Below, one piece after another: positions 38,992 to 48,121 of a DNA stretch of 64,000 bases. The notes below the pieces were generated by a model, which worked only from the letters and a program-made list of their open reading frames with translations, made no database searches and was not told where the DNA came from. Origin of the DNA: Pelagibacteraceae bacterium (lineage in GTDB: Bacteria > Pseudomonadota > Alphaproteobacteria > HIMB59 > GCA-002718135); assembly GCA_002717485.1 (NCBI GenBank), contig PBDW01000020.1, positions 2,802-66,801 of the forward strand. Direction: 5' to 3'. The position numbers and the translations under genes were made by a program. Each line of letters begins with the position of its first letter. Positions within the stretch are counted from its first letter, which is position 1.

Positions 38992-39023
38992 AAATGCTAT
39001 ATACAACAAAATAACAAAATATA

Positions 39024-40067
39024 ATGATTAAAGCATTCTATTACTCAAAAAAATGGGCCTTGTGGGCATACGGAGGAGGATTTTTGCTTATCCTTTCATT
39101 ATGGCTTCAAGTTCAGATGACTGTAGCCCTTAACGCTTGGTATAAAGATTTTTATGATCTCATTCAAAGTGCAGCAGATTACAAAGATAATTCACAGGAG
39201 GGAATAAGTTTATTTTTTTCTAAAATAGTTTCCTTGGATTATATAAGCGGAATGCAGTTTGAAGGAACTCCTTCATTTCTTGTAATTGCTGCGCCATACA
39301 TTGTTCTAGCAGTTTTTACCTCATGGTTCACAGCAATATATGGATTAAGATGGAGAGAGGCTATGACTTTTAGTTATATTCCGAAATGGAAAAATGTAAA
39401 AAAAGAAATTGAGGGTGCTAGCCAAAGAATTCAAGAGGACTGTTATAGATTCGCTCGAATAGTTGAATCATTAGGATTGCAAATTGTTCGAGCAACTATG
39501 ACCTTAATTGCTTTTTTACCTATTTTATGGAATTTGAGTGTCGGTATAGTTGTACCTTTCATTGGAGATATGGAGGGATCTCTTGTTTACGTATCATTGA
39601 TTGTTTCCTTAGGCGGTATTATAATTTCCTGGATAGTTGGAATTAAACTTCCTGGTTTAGAGTATAATAATCAAAAGGTCGAAGCTGCGTTTAGAAAAGA
39701 TCTTGTACTAGGCGAAGACGATAAAATTAAATACGCTAAACCAGAAAGACTTTTTGAGCTTTTCACAGGAATCAGAATGAATTATCATAGACTATTTTTA
39801 CATACTAGCTATTTTAATTTTTGGTTAAATCTATATGACCAGTTTATGAGTATAGCTTTACTTCTCGTAATGGGCCCAGGCTTATTTACAGGAGTAATTA
39901 CTTTTGGAGTTTTAATACAGGCAAACAATGCATTCGACAGAGTTCACAATAGTTTTAATATAATATTGTATAACTGGACAACTATTACTGAATTAAGATC
40001 AATATGGAAACGTCTTTATGAATTCGAGAGAAACCTTGATATGTATCTTAAGGTAGAAAGAGCTTGA
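39024..40067 (+). CDS. SbmA/BacA-family inner-membrane peptide transporter
   Basis: Blocks closely parallel E. coli SbmA as I recall it: VALNAWYKDFYDLIQSA, IEGASQRIQEDCYRFA, GIKLPGLEYNNQKVEAAFRKDLVLGEDD, NWTTITELRSIWKRL. Confidence 0.88.
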   Translation: MIKAFYYSKKWALWAYGGGFLLILSLWLQVQMTVALNAWYKDFYDLIQSAADYKDNSQEGISLFFSKIVSLDYISGMQFEGTPSFLVIAAPYIVLAVFTSWFTAIYGLRWREAMTFSYIPKWKNVKKEIEGASQRIQEDCYRFARIVESLGLQIVRATMTLIAFLPILWNLSVGIVVPFIGDMEGSLVYVSLIVSLGGIIISWIVGIKLPGLEYNNQKVEAAFRKDLVLGEDDKIKYAKPERLFELFTGIRMNYHRLFLHTSYFNFWLNLYDQFMSIALLLVMGPGLFTGVITFGVLIQANNAFDRVHNSFNIILYNWTTITELRSIWKRLYEFERNLDMYLKVERA

Positions 40068-40068
40068 T

Positions 40069-40428
40069 GTGATTTTTTTATTGTTAGTATTTATCCCAAT
40101 TATAGAAATATCAATTTTTATAACAATTGGCTCTAGAATTGGTATATTTAACACAATTTCAATAATACTATTAACTGCAATTATTGGAATTTTCTTTATT
40201 CGTCGTCAAGGAATAAGCTTACTATTTAATGCTCAGAGAAATATGAGAGATGGGATATTTCCAAGCCAGGAAATTAAAGGTGCTATTTTTTTATTGGTTT
40301 CAGGTTTATTGTTAATTACCCCTGGATTTCTTACTGATGTAATTGGATTTTTAATTTTTTTACCTCAAGTGCAAAATACAATAAGCAGATACGCGTATAA
40401 TTATTTTCAATCAAAAGTTCGTAGATAG
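40069..40428 (+). CDS. fxsA: FxsA-family membrane protein
   Basis: 119 aa. IPIIEISIFITIGSRIG and LLLITPGFLTDVIGFLIFLP motifs. GTG start 1 nt after the sbmA-like stop. Confidence 0.8.
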   Translation: MIFLLLVFIPIIEISIFITIGSRIGIFNTISIILLTAIIGIFFIRRQGISLLFNAQRNMRDGIFPSQEIKGAIFLLVSGLLLITPGFLTDVIGFLIFLPQVQNTISRYAYNYFQSKVRR

Positions 40429-41337
40429 GTCATTCATTTCAATTAACAACTCCTGAATTTTCTTTATGTTGTTGTTATTGTTGAAATCATTTAAAGAAAC
40501 AAGTGGTGGCATTATATTCTCCCATATGCTGTCTTTTGTATTTATCCTCATTATTGCTTTCATAAATGAAATTTGCTCCTGGCTAAAAACAATTTTTCTT
40601 ATGCTATCTTGAAGTATGTGAGCTTTCTTAAGTTCTTGACTCCTATCTGAATTCTTTGCAAACTTAACTATAAATGAGAGCAGTTTTACAGATATATTTG
40701 CAGTTGCTGTGATGGCTCCCGCACCTCCGCCTTGCATTACAGGAAGGGCAAGGGAATCTGAACCTGAAAAAACACAAAAGTCTGGAAAATTTTTTATTGT
40801 GTTAATCATATTTTCTAAGTCATTAGATGAATCTTTTATTCCGACGATATTATCTGGATATTTTTTTACTAATGCCTCGATAATATTTTGTTTTATTGGA
40901 ACGCCTGAAATCTGAGGTATATGATATAGTAATATTTTAAATTTCTCATCATTTACAGATTCAATTATATTAGTATAGTAATCTATGACACCTTGATCAG
41001 CAGGATTATTATAATAGTAAGATGGCAGGATAAGCGCTCCAGCCATTTGTAATTTCACAGCTAAATTTGAGAGTTTAATGCTTTCATTCATTGATGACAT
41101 TCCAGTTCCGGGTAACAATTTCGATGGATTAAAGCCTCTGTCAACAAGCGATTGCATAGCTTCCATTTTGGAATCTAAAGAAAGCAAGTTAGCTTCTCCA
41201 GTTGATCCAAATATAGCAATACCATCTGAACCATGAAGCAACATCCTTTTACAATGTTCAAAATATACCTCATGATTGATTGAAAAATCTTTATTTAAAG
41301 GAGTTAGTGCAGCGCAAAATGTTCCTGAAATTTTCAT
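40411..41337 (-). CDS. dihydrodipicolinate synthase/N-acetylneuraminate lyase-family class I aldolase
   Basis: GSTGEA, YHIPQISG and Schiff-base Lys context VGIKDSS. Not assignable to dapA specifically. ATG at 41337. It overlaps the convergent fxsA by 18 nt. Confidence 0.8.
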   Translation of the reverse strand: MKISGTFCAALTPLNKDFSINHEVYFEHCKRMLLHGSDGIAIFGSTGEANLLSLDSKMEAMQSLVDRGFNPSKLLPGTGMSSMNESIKLSNLAVKLQMAGALILPSYYYNNPADQGVIDYYTNIIESVNDEKFKILLYHIPQISGVPIKQNIIEALVKKYPDNIVGIKDSSNDLENMINTIKNFPDFCVFSGSDSLALPVMQGGGAGAITATANISVKLLSFIVKFAKNSDRSQELKKAHILQDSIRKIVFSQEQISFMKAIMRINTKDSIWENIMPPLVSLNDFNNNNNIKKIQELLIEMNDLSTNF

Positions 41338-42134
41338 ATATATATCCAAGTTAATAATACAATGCCTAATAAAATTCTATAAATTACAAAAAAATTATAG
41401 GAAGTTTTTTTTACAAGTAAAATCATAAACTTAATAGATAAAAGAGCTGTAAAAAAAGAAACTAGCGCTGGAACAATAATTTTAGACAGTTCTAACGTGC
41501 TTGTTGCTTGACTATAATACTCTATAGATACCAAGACTGAAGAAGAAAAAATAATAGGAATTGATAAAATAAATGAATATATAGCTGAAGATTCTCTTGA
41601 AAAACCTAATAGTCTTGAGGCAGTAATTGTAACCCCGGCCCTACTTGCTCCCGGTATAAATGCAAAACATTGAAATATACCAATAATTATTGCTTCTTTA
41701 AAAGATAGGGTATCCCAATTTTTTTTAAATTTAGAATTTCTATCAACAAGATATAAAATTATTCCAAATAAGATACAAGAATAAGCTATCAGTTCAACAT
41801 TTCTTAAAAAAACTATAATATTATTATAGATAAAAAAACCAGTCAAGATAGCGGGTAAGGTTGAAATAATAATTTTTAGATAAAGAAAATTTTGTTTACT
41901 TTTATTGGTAGTTATATGAAATTTTACATCTACTAGAATATTATAAATTATTTTCCGCAAATAAAATACAACGGCAAGCAACGTTCCAAAGTGTACTGCG
42001 ACATCAAAGTTAATTCCTTGATCGTTCCAATTAAAAATCTCAGAAGTTATAACCAGGTGTGCGGAAGAACTAATTGGCAAAAATTCTGTGATTCCTTGAA
42101 TAAATCCTAATAATATAAACTGAATATCAAACAT
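41334..42134 (-). CDS. uppP: undecaprenyl-diphosphate phosphatase
   Basis: EFLPISSSAHL and PGASRAGVTI motifs; 8 TM helices. Confidence 0.92.
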   Translation of the reverse strand: MFDIQFILLGFIQGITEFLPISSSAHLVITSEIFNWNDQGINFDVAVHFGTLLAVVFYLRKIIYNILVDVKFHITTNKSKQNFLYLKIIISTLPAILTGFFIYNNIIVFLRNVELIAYSCILFGIILYLVDRNSKFKKNWDTLSFKEAIIIGIFQCFAFIPGASRAGVTITASRLLGFSRESSAIYSFILSIPIIFSSSVLVSIEYYSQATSTLELSKIIVPALVSFFTALLSIKFMILLVKKTSYNFFVIYRILLGIVLLTWIYI

Positions 42135-42139
42135 TTTTA

Positions 42140-43654
42140 TTAATCAAAAATTTGCTCTACAAGTTTTTTTCCAGTTTTAAGTGGCTTTGCGTTCTTATCT
42201 GAAAAGTATTTTTCAAGAAAATCCAAGTATAGGTTGTACTCATTAAGTATCCTTATATCTTCCTCTCGATTTTTTCCACCTTCATCTTCAATCCTTGCCA
42301 TTTCAGTATCCACTAAACCCATTGCTTCAGGAATTGTTGTATATGGCCTTTCTTGGTTAAGAAGTAATCTTTCGCTTAATTCTCTGTGAATCAATTTAAA
42401 ATCATCTTCCGATAAAACTTCTGGCGATTCATCAAAGATTAATCTTTTAAGAATAAAATTAGCTCTCGGATCTTTAATTTGACATGCAAGTTGATACTTA
42501 TCATTCCAAGAAGTAGCATTGTGAAAGTTTTGCATAATGTCACCTTGACCAAAGTTTATAAAGAGATTAGCTTTACTCTCTGGAAAAATATTATCTTGTG
42601 ACAAGGTTTCTTCTTTCTCCAATTGACGATCGATTTCCATATTCTCAAATTTTTTAGCAAGTGATTTATTTCTATAAACTTTTTCAACTCTTTCATTGAG
42701 TATACTTGATCCCAGTTTATCGTATGGTTCAAATTGAGTAGCAAATTTTCCAGCTAAAAGTATCGGATGTTGATTGCAAATCACATATCTATTTTTCTTT
42801 TTAATTAATTTTTTAAATTCTTCATTGTTAGCTGCCAATAAGGGCTCTGGATCATGTTGTAAATCAATTGTATGGAACCACCCTTTGTATTGAGACTCAC
42901 AAACCATTGAAAGAGCTTGCATTTTAATTCTACCAGCAAAGCTTGTAAGATAGCAGAATCCTTTATTTTTGTTCACAAAATCAATTGCCTTATTTTTGTT
43001 CATAGTCATAGATAATTGTTCCCAGTTTTTTTGATCTGCATCATGGATATATTTCATTAAGGATATTGATGTTTTAACATCACTGTAAGCATCATGTGCA
43101 AATTCAACAGGTAAATCATTTAATGATGCTAATTCAGGCAACCTGAAACTTGGATTACCCCTAGTTGTTTTAGATGTCTTTATAAGGGTCGGGTTTAAAG
43201 CATAAAGAGCTATAGCAAGATTAAGAGTATCTCCACGGTTTGTTCTTGTAATGTAAGGAAAAAATAAATTATTAAAAAGATTATACTCAAGGACAGTTTC
43301 GTCAAATTCAAGTGAATTGTGTCCGACCCAAACTGATTCTGGTATTTCTTTTTTCCATCCCTCAAATGTATTGTAAATTTTTTTTATTAGCTCATAAGAA
43401 GACATATTTGAAGATAAAGATTCTTTTATGCTTCTTTTAGTTACAAGTAAGGCTCCTGGCTGAGGAATAACTGAGGTTCTTAATCTGCAAAACTCGTTTA
43501 AGTTCTGATTAGTAGGTTGAAAATTTTCATCGACAACTATTGCAGCTATTTGAAGTATCTGTTCCCATTTTGGTGTTGAGGCAAAAGAATCTCTATTTTC
43601 TTTCTTGCCCCTACCTGTACTTTCAATGTCATAGAAAATATATTTTCCTGGCAT
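42140..43654 (-). CDS. sbcB: exodeoxyribonuclease I-like DEDDh exonuclease
   Basis: Exo I motif YDIESTG, Exo II HNSLEFDE, Exo III HDAYSDV, PSFRLPELA as in SbcB, plus a long SH3/helical C-terminal region. 504 aa. Confidence 0.8.
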   Translation of the reverse strand: MPGKYIFYDIESTGRGKKENRDSFASTPKWEQILQIAAIVVDENFQPTNQNLNEFCRLRTSVIPQPGALLVTKRSIKESLSSNMSSYELIKKIYNTFEGWKKEIPESVWVGHNSLEFDETVLEYNLFNNLFFPYITRTNRGDTLNLAIALYALNPTLIKTSKTTRGNPSFRLPELASLNDLPVEFAHDAYSDVKTSISLMKYIHDADQKNWEQLSMTMNKNKAIDFVNKNKGFCYLTSFAGRIKMQALSMVCESQYKGWFHTIDLQHDPEPLLAANNEEFKKLIKKKNRYVICNQHPILLAGKFATQFEPYDKLGSSILNERVEKVYRNKSLAKKFENMEIDRQLEKEETLSQDNIFPESKANLFINFGQGDIMQNFHNATSWNDKYQLACQIKDPRANFILKRLIFDESPEVLSEDDFKLIHRELSERLLLNQERPYTTIPEAMGLVDTEMARIEDEGGKNREEDIRILNEYNLYLDFLEKYFSDKNAKPLKTGKKLVEQIFD

Positions 43655-43669
43655 GTTTTTGAGAAACTA

Positions 43670-43849
43670 TTAATTATCTCTGTCTGCCCAAAAGAAATGA
43701 TAAGCACCCGTAGCCACAAGAGCTATAAAAAAACAAACAAAAGCAACAAGAATAATGGTTTTAATTGCCCAGAATACAATAACCAGCAAAAGCCCAAGAC
43801 CAGTTATACCTAGCCAAAAATAAAGCAATCTTTCTAAAAACAAATTCAT
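43670..43849 (-). CDS. 59-aa two-TM membrane protein (hypothetical; below the track cutoff)
   Basis: My own translation is MNLFLERLLYFWLGITGLGLLLVIVFWAIKTIILVAFVCFFIALVATGAYHFFWADRDN. It fills the otherwise empty spacer between rbsK and sbcB on the same strand. Confidence 0.4.
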   Translation of the reverse strand: MNLFLERLLYFWLGITGLGLLLVIVFWAIKTIILVAFVCFFIALVATGAYHFFWADRDN

Positions 43850-43877
43850 AATATTGTGACTATTCTACACCAGTTAT

Positions 43878-44798
43878 TCAATTATACAAACCTTCTATTT
43901 CAACCCGCTTAGGCATTGATTTTGCAGTTCCTATTTTTGTTGTTGAAAGCCCTGCCACAGCATTAGCAAATTTTATTGCTTCTCTAATGCTTTTTCCTTC
44001 AGTCAAACCAACTGCTAAACCGGCATTAAAAGCATCTCCAGCACCTGTAGTATCAGCTACTTTATTCTTAAGTTCAAATGCCTCAACGTAAAAATCTTCA
44101 TTATTGTTAGAAAAGTAAGCGCCCTTTTCACCAAGTGTGATGATAACATTTTTCACTCCCTTAGCTAGTAATTTACTTGCAGCATTTTTTACATCTTCAT
44201 CTGTAACAATTTTTTGGTCGGCATAGAAACTTGCCTCAATTTCGTTTGGTGTAATATAGTCAACAAGAGAAAAAACTTCACTATTAAGTTTTATTCCAGG
44301 AGCTGGATTCAGAATAGTTGTGACATTGTGGGATTTTGCTATCCTCAATGAATATTCAACAACATCAACAGGTGTCTCTAGTTGCGTAAGAAAAATTGAA
44401 GACTGTTTTATCGAATTAATAGCAAGATCTATATCTCGCTTTGTAATTCTTCCTGCAGCGCCTGGGACAACATTTATCGCATTTTCACCAGTTTTTTTAT
44501 TAACCATTATTCCAGCGGCACCGGTTGCAAACTCCTCGCTTACAATTACATTAGTTGCATCAATATTTTCTTCTGCATACATTTTCATTGCCATCTCACC
44601 ATAACTATCTTTACCAATTTTAGAAATAAAACTTACCTGTCCTCCAGCCCTTGCAGCTGCTACAGCCTGATTAGAGCCCTTTCCTCCTGGACCGATTATA
44701 TGTTCTTTGCCCAAAATTGTTTCTCCAGTAACAGGAATCTTATCAGCAAAAAAAACTAAATCGGCTACATATATTCCAAGGATACTTATTGAAGTCAT
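43878..44798 (-). CDS. rbsK: PfkB-family sugar kinase, ribokinase-like (ribose or deoxyribose)
   Basis: GGKGSNQAVAAARAG, NPAP and DTTGAGDAFNAG motifs of ribokinase. Confidence 0.85.
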   Translation of the reverse strand: MTSISILGIYVADLVFFADKIPVTGETILGKEHIIGPGGKGSNQAVAAARAGGQVSFISKIGKDSYGEMAMKMYAEENIDATNVIVSEEFATGAAGIMVNKKTGENAINVVPGAAGRITKRDIDLAINSIKQSSIFLTQLETPVDVVEYSLRIAKSHNVTTILNPAPGIKLNSEVFSLVDYITPNEIEASFYADQKIVTDEDVKNAASKLLAKGVKNVIITLGEKGAYFSNNNEDFYVEAFELKNKVADTTGAGDAFNAGLAVGLTEGKSIREAIKFANAVAGLSTTKIGTAKSMPKRVEIEGLYN

Positions 44799-44811
44799 TA
44801 TAAAATTATCT

Positions 44812-47175
44812 TTATTCTCCGTAAGGAATCCATATGTTTTTTACCTGTGTACTCTGATGTAAAAACTCTTTAAGGAATGATCCTTTAGAGTTAGTCCAGT
44901 CTATCCTTTTATCATCTGGACACCAACATCTCTTAATATTAGAGATAGAATTCTTAATAATGTCTGTTCTTTCTTGACCTAAACCTCCAAAATACCAAAT
45001 ACCGTCTACATTTTCATGTTTAGAAAGTGTCTGATTTAACTCTCCTTCTTTTGCAGTTAGTATGTTGATGTACCCACCTGGAACATCCGACGTATCAAGA
45101 ACTTGATATAATTCAGTTGCCAGAAGACTGGTCTTCTCACCAGGAATAATAATCTGGGCATTCCCAGTTGAAAAAGCAGCCCCCATACATGTTACTAAAC
45201 TTAGAAGAGGATCGTGGTCATTAAGAATAATTGCAATTACTCCAATTCTCTCCTTTAATGCCATTGTTAGACCTCTCATTGGAGGATTGTGAATTTGACC
45301 CTCAAACTTGTCTGCCATTGCGGCATAATAAAAAATACGTTCGCATGATAAAGAAAATACATTTCTAGCAAGACTTGCAGGCACCCCTCTTAGTGCCACG
45401 ATAAGATCTACGAAATTTTTTTCTCGTCGTTCAAGATTCTCCGCAATGTAGTATAATATCTGAGATCTGTTAAAATTTGTTATTTTTTTCTCTTTTATTT
45501 TAGAAGCCATCTCAACACAATCTCTTACATCCTTCCTGTTAGATCTTGAGACATCACATATAAAATTTTTATTATTAATATCGAATACGGGGAAAGAATA
45601 TCCTCCATCTGGCCTCTTTTGTTTGCCTCCAATATAAAGTTTCGGTGTACGATCAATTCTAGGTAATTTAATAGAAGATTTTTTTATTTTATAATTTAAT
45701 ATTTTTCTTACTGGCAGATCATTCTTTACATAAGCTCTAATTCCTTCTTCTCCACCTTCTCTTCCAAAACCACTTTCTTTATAACCACCAAATCCACATG
45801 AGGCATCAAAAAGGTTTGTAGAATTCACCCATACTACCCCAGAATTAATTTTTGGGGCTATATCCATAGCAAGATTAATATTCTCAGTCCACAAGCTTGC
45901 CGCCAATCCATATGGAGTATTATTAGCTAAAGAAACAGACTCTGATGGAGTACGGAAAGTCAAGGTAGTTAATACTGGGCCAAAAATTTCTACTTGCGAG
46001 ATTAAAGATGCTGGAGCTACATTTGTAAATAATGTTGGAGGATAAAATAAACCTTCACTTGGGCAAGACCAAGAAGGTTGCCATAAATTTGCTCCGTCTT
46101 TAACTCCTTGCTTAACCAATTTATCAATTTTTTTCAACTGCACTGGCGCGACAATAGCTCCTATGTCAACTGATTTATCTAAAGGATTTCCAACTCTAAG
46201 CTTTTCCATTCTATTTTTTAATTTTTTTATAAACTTTTTTTCTATACTCTCTTGAACCAACAAGCGTGATCCAGCACAACAAACCTGTCCTTGATTGAAC
46301 CAAATTGCATCAACAACTCCTTCAACGGCACTATCAAGATCAGCATCTTCATAAACGATAAAGGGTGATTTTCCCCCAAGTTCCATAGTTAATTTTTTAT
46401 TTGTATTTGATGTAGATGAAATTATTTTTTTACCTACTGCTGTGGATCCCGTAAAAGCTATTTTGTTTACAAGTTTATGATTAACCAATTTTTCTCCGGT
46501 AGATCCGTCTCCAGTTACAATATTAACTACTCCATTTGGAATATTAGCTTTCTGACATAGTTCGGCAAAAAATAAAGCTGTCAAAGATGTAAATTCAGCT
46601 GGCTTTAAAACCACGGTATTGCCACAAGCAATAGCGGGCGCTATCTTCCAAGAAAGCATTAATAGTGGAAAGTTCCATGGAATAATTTGTCCGATAACTC
46701 CGATTGATTTATTACTTTGATTTTCTAATTTTTCACACCATCCAGCATGATAGTAGAAATGTCTAGCCACAAGAGGTATGTCAATATCTCGAGTTTCCCT
46801 GATTGGTTTTCCGTTATCAATAGTTTCTAAAACCGAAAGAAATCTCGAATGTTTTTGTATTAACCTTGCTAGAGAATATAGATATCTGGATCTTTCAAAG
46901 GGTTTCTTGTTAGACCATAATGGAAATGCAATTTTTGCAGCCTTAACAGCTCTATCAATATCTGATTTTGAGCCTACGCTTAATTTAAATAATTTTTTAT
47001 TAGTAGCAGGATTTATTGAATATAGATTTTTTTTTGATAATGGTTTTTGCCATTTACCGTTTATAAAGTGAAAGTTTGGGCTTGGAAGTTTGCTAATCCA
47101 TTCAATTACCTCACTACTATCCTCGGGGGCAGGTCCGTATTTTATATTTTTAAAATCTTTAATAATTTTGCTCAT
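44812..47175 (-). CDS. two-domain aldehyde dehydrogenase (ALDH16-like architecture)
   Basis: 787 aa. Residues 1 to about 500 form a complete ALDH with catalytic Glu (MELGGKSP) and Cys (FNQGQVCCAGSR). Residues from about 505 to 787 restart like an ALDH N-terminal/NAD domain (KLYIGGKQKRPDGGYSFPV...), and I see no second catalytic Glu/Cys pair. Confidence 0.85.
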   Translation of the reverse strand: MSKIIKDFKNIKYGPAPEDSSEVIEWISKLPSPNFHFINGKWQKPLSKKNLYSINPATNKKLFKLSVGSKSDIDRAVKAAKIAFPLWSNKKPFERSRYLYSLARLIQKHSRFLSVLETIDNGKPIRETRDIDIPLVARHFYYHAGWCEKLENQSNKSIGVIGQIIPWNFPLLMLSWKIAPAIACGNTVVLKPAEFTSLTALFFAELCQKANIPNGVVNIVTGDGSTGEKLVNHKLVNKIAFTGSTAVGKKIISSTSNTNKKLTMELGGKSPFIVYEDADLDSAVEGVVDAIWFNQGQVCCAGSRLLVQESIEKKFIKKLKNRMEKLRVGNPLDKSVDIGAIVAPVQLKKIDKLVKQGVKDGANLWQPSWSCPSEGLFYPPTLFTNVAPASLISQVEIFGPVLTTLTFRTPSESVSLANNTPYGLAASLWTENINLAMDIAPKINSGVVWVNSTNLFDASCGFGGYKESGFGREGGEEGIRAYVKNDLPVRKILNYKIKKSSIKLPRIDRTPKLYIGGKQKRPDGGYSFPVFDINNKNFICDVSRSNRKDVRDCVEMASKIKEKKITNFNRSQILYYIAENLERREKNFVDLIVALRGVPASLARNVFSLSCERIFYYAAMADKFEGQIHNPPMRGLTMALKERIGVIAIILNDHDPLLSLVTCMGAAFSTGNAQIIIPGEKTSLLATELYQVLDTSDVPGGYINILTAKEGELNQTLSKHENVDGIWYFGGLGQERTDIIKNSISNIKRCWCPDDKRIDWTNSKGSFLKEFLHQSTQVKNIWIPYGE

Positions 47176-47176
47176 C

Positions 47177-48121
47177 TTAGGATATTGCTATTTTGTCACT
47201 TGTTGCATATCTGCCTAACGCATAATGATATAATTGTCTTTCAATATCTATTAATAAACGAGAAGCTCCTATTCTAAATAATTCTGGATCAATCCAAGCT
47301 TTTCCAAGTTCTTCGTACATCAACATTAGGTAATTTAAAACATCTTTTGCGGTTGAAATTCCACCTGCTGGCTTGAAGCCAATCTTTTTGCCTGTGTTTT
47401 CATAAAATTCTCTTATCATTCTCATCATTACTAAACTATTATTGAGATTGGCATTTGTTTTTTCTTTTCCTGTAGAAGTTTTGATAAAATCAGCTCCGGC
47501 CATCATAGCGACCAATGAAGACTTTGCAACATTTCTTAAAGTACCAAGATCACCTACACCTAAAATCGCTTTTAATTTTTTACCTTTAGCTATATGCTTA
47601 AAATCTCTAATCTCATTGTAAAGCTTATTCCATTCATTACGTAATACTAAAGATCTATTTATTACTATATCTATTTCATCTGCTCCGTCTTTAATAGAAT
47701 TTACAATCTCATTTTTTCTAGTATTAAATGATGAAAGTCCTGCTGGAAAACCTGTAGACACTACTGCAATGGGCAATTTTCCATTTAATATTTTCTTAGC
47801 ATGTGCCACCAGGTCATGATAAACACATATCGCTCCAACATGAATAGTTCCATAAGGAATGTTTAATTTGTTGAGTATCTCACTGGATATTGGACTCAAA
47901 CCTTTTGCGCACAATTTCTCTACCTTGCCCAAAGTGTCATCACCTTCAAGAGTTGTTAAATCCAATAATGAAATAGATCTTAAAAGCCAGGCAACTTGAT
48001 ATTCTTTTTTAACTGTTCTTCTTTTTGTAAGAGTTGATGTTCTGCGCTCTACTGCACTTAAATTTACTCTTATGTTATTAATCCAATCTATATCGAGTTT
48101 TAATGATTTTTTTTTCAACAT
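47177..48121 (-). CDS. deoC: deoxyribose-phosphate aldolase, long (about 315 aa) form
   Basis: Schiff-base Lys context GADFIKTSTGK, plus DIVIN and KPAGGI blocks. It has an N-terminal extension relative to the about 220-260 aa bacterial forms. Confidence 0.88.
   Translation of the reverse strand: MLKKKSLKLDIDWINNIRVNLSAVERRTSTLTKRRTVKKEYQVAWLLRSISLLDLTTLEGDDTLGKVEKLCAKGLSPISSEILNKLNIPYGTIHVGAICVYHDLVAHAKKILNGKLPIAVVSTGFPAGLSSFNTRKNEIVNSIKDGADEIDIVINRSLVLRNEWNKLYNEIRDFKHIAKGKKLKAILGVGDLGTLRNVAKSSLVAMMAGADFIKTSTGKEKTNANLNNSLVMMRMIREFYENTGKKIGFKPAGGISTAKDVLNYLMLMYEELGKAWIDPELFRIGASRLLIDIERQLYHYALGRYATSDKIAIS

Noticed and set aside
1998-39009. N-terminal extensions in the ORF track that start at upstream TTG codons (SOUL protein 2021, sufS 4808, sufB 8262, mnmA 9444, small membrane proteins 31833 and 39009, DHDPS-family 41349).
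   Set aside because: In each case an ATG a few codons downstream gives an N-terminus matching the family norm, or a signal peptide, or removes an implausible overlap. TTG and GTG starts were retained where alignment to the family N-terminus supports them (sufC, RidA, GT9, fxsA, M48 protease).
36153-43900. A genomic island integrated at tRNA-Lys, delimited by a distal copy of the tRNA 3' end.
   Set aside because: Scanning by eye for the tRNA 3' segment (…TCAAGTCCGTCTGGGTCCA or its complement) downstream found no copy, and there is no integrase. I kept only the weaker accessory-looking-cluster observation. A computational repeat search would be needed to be sure.
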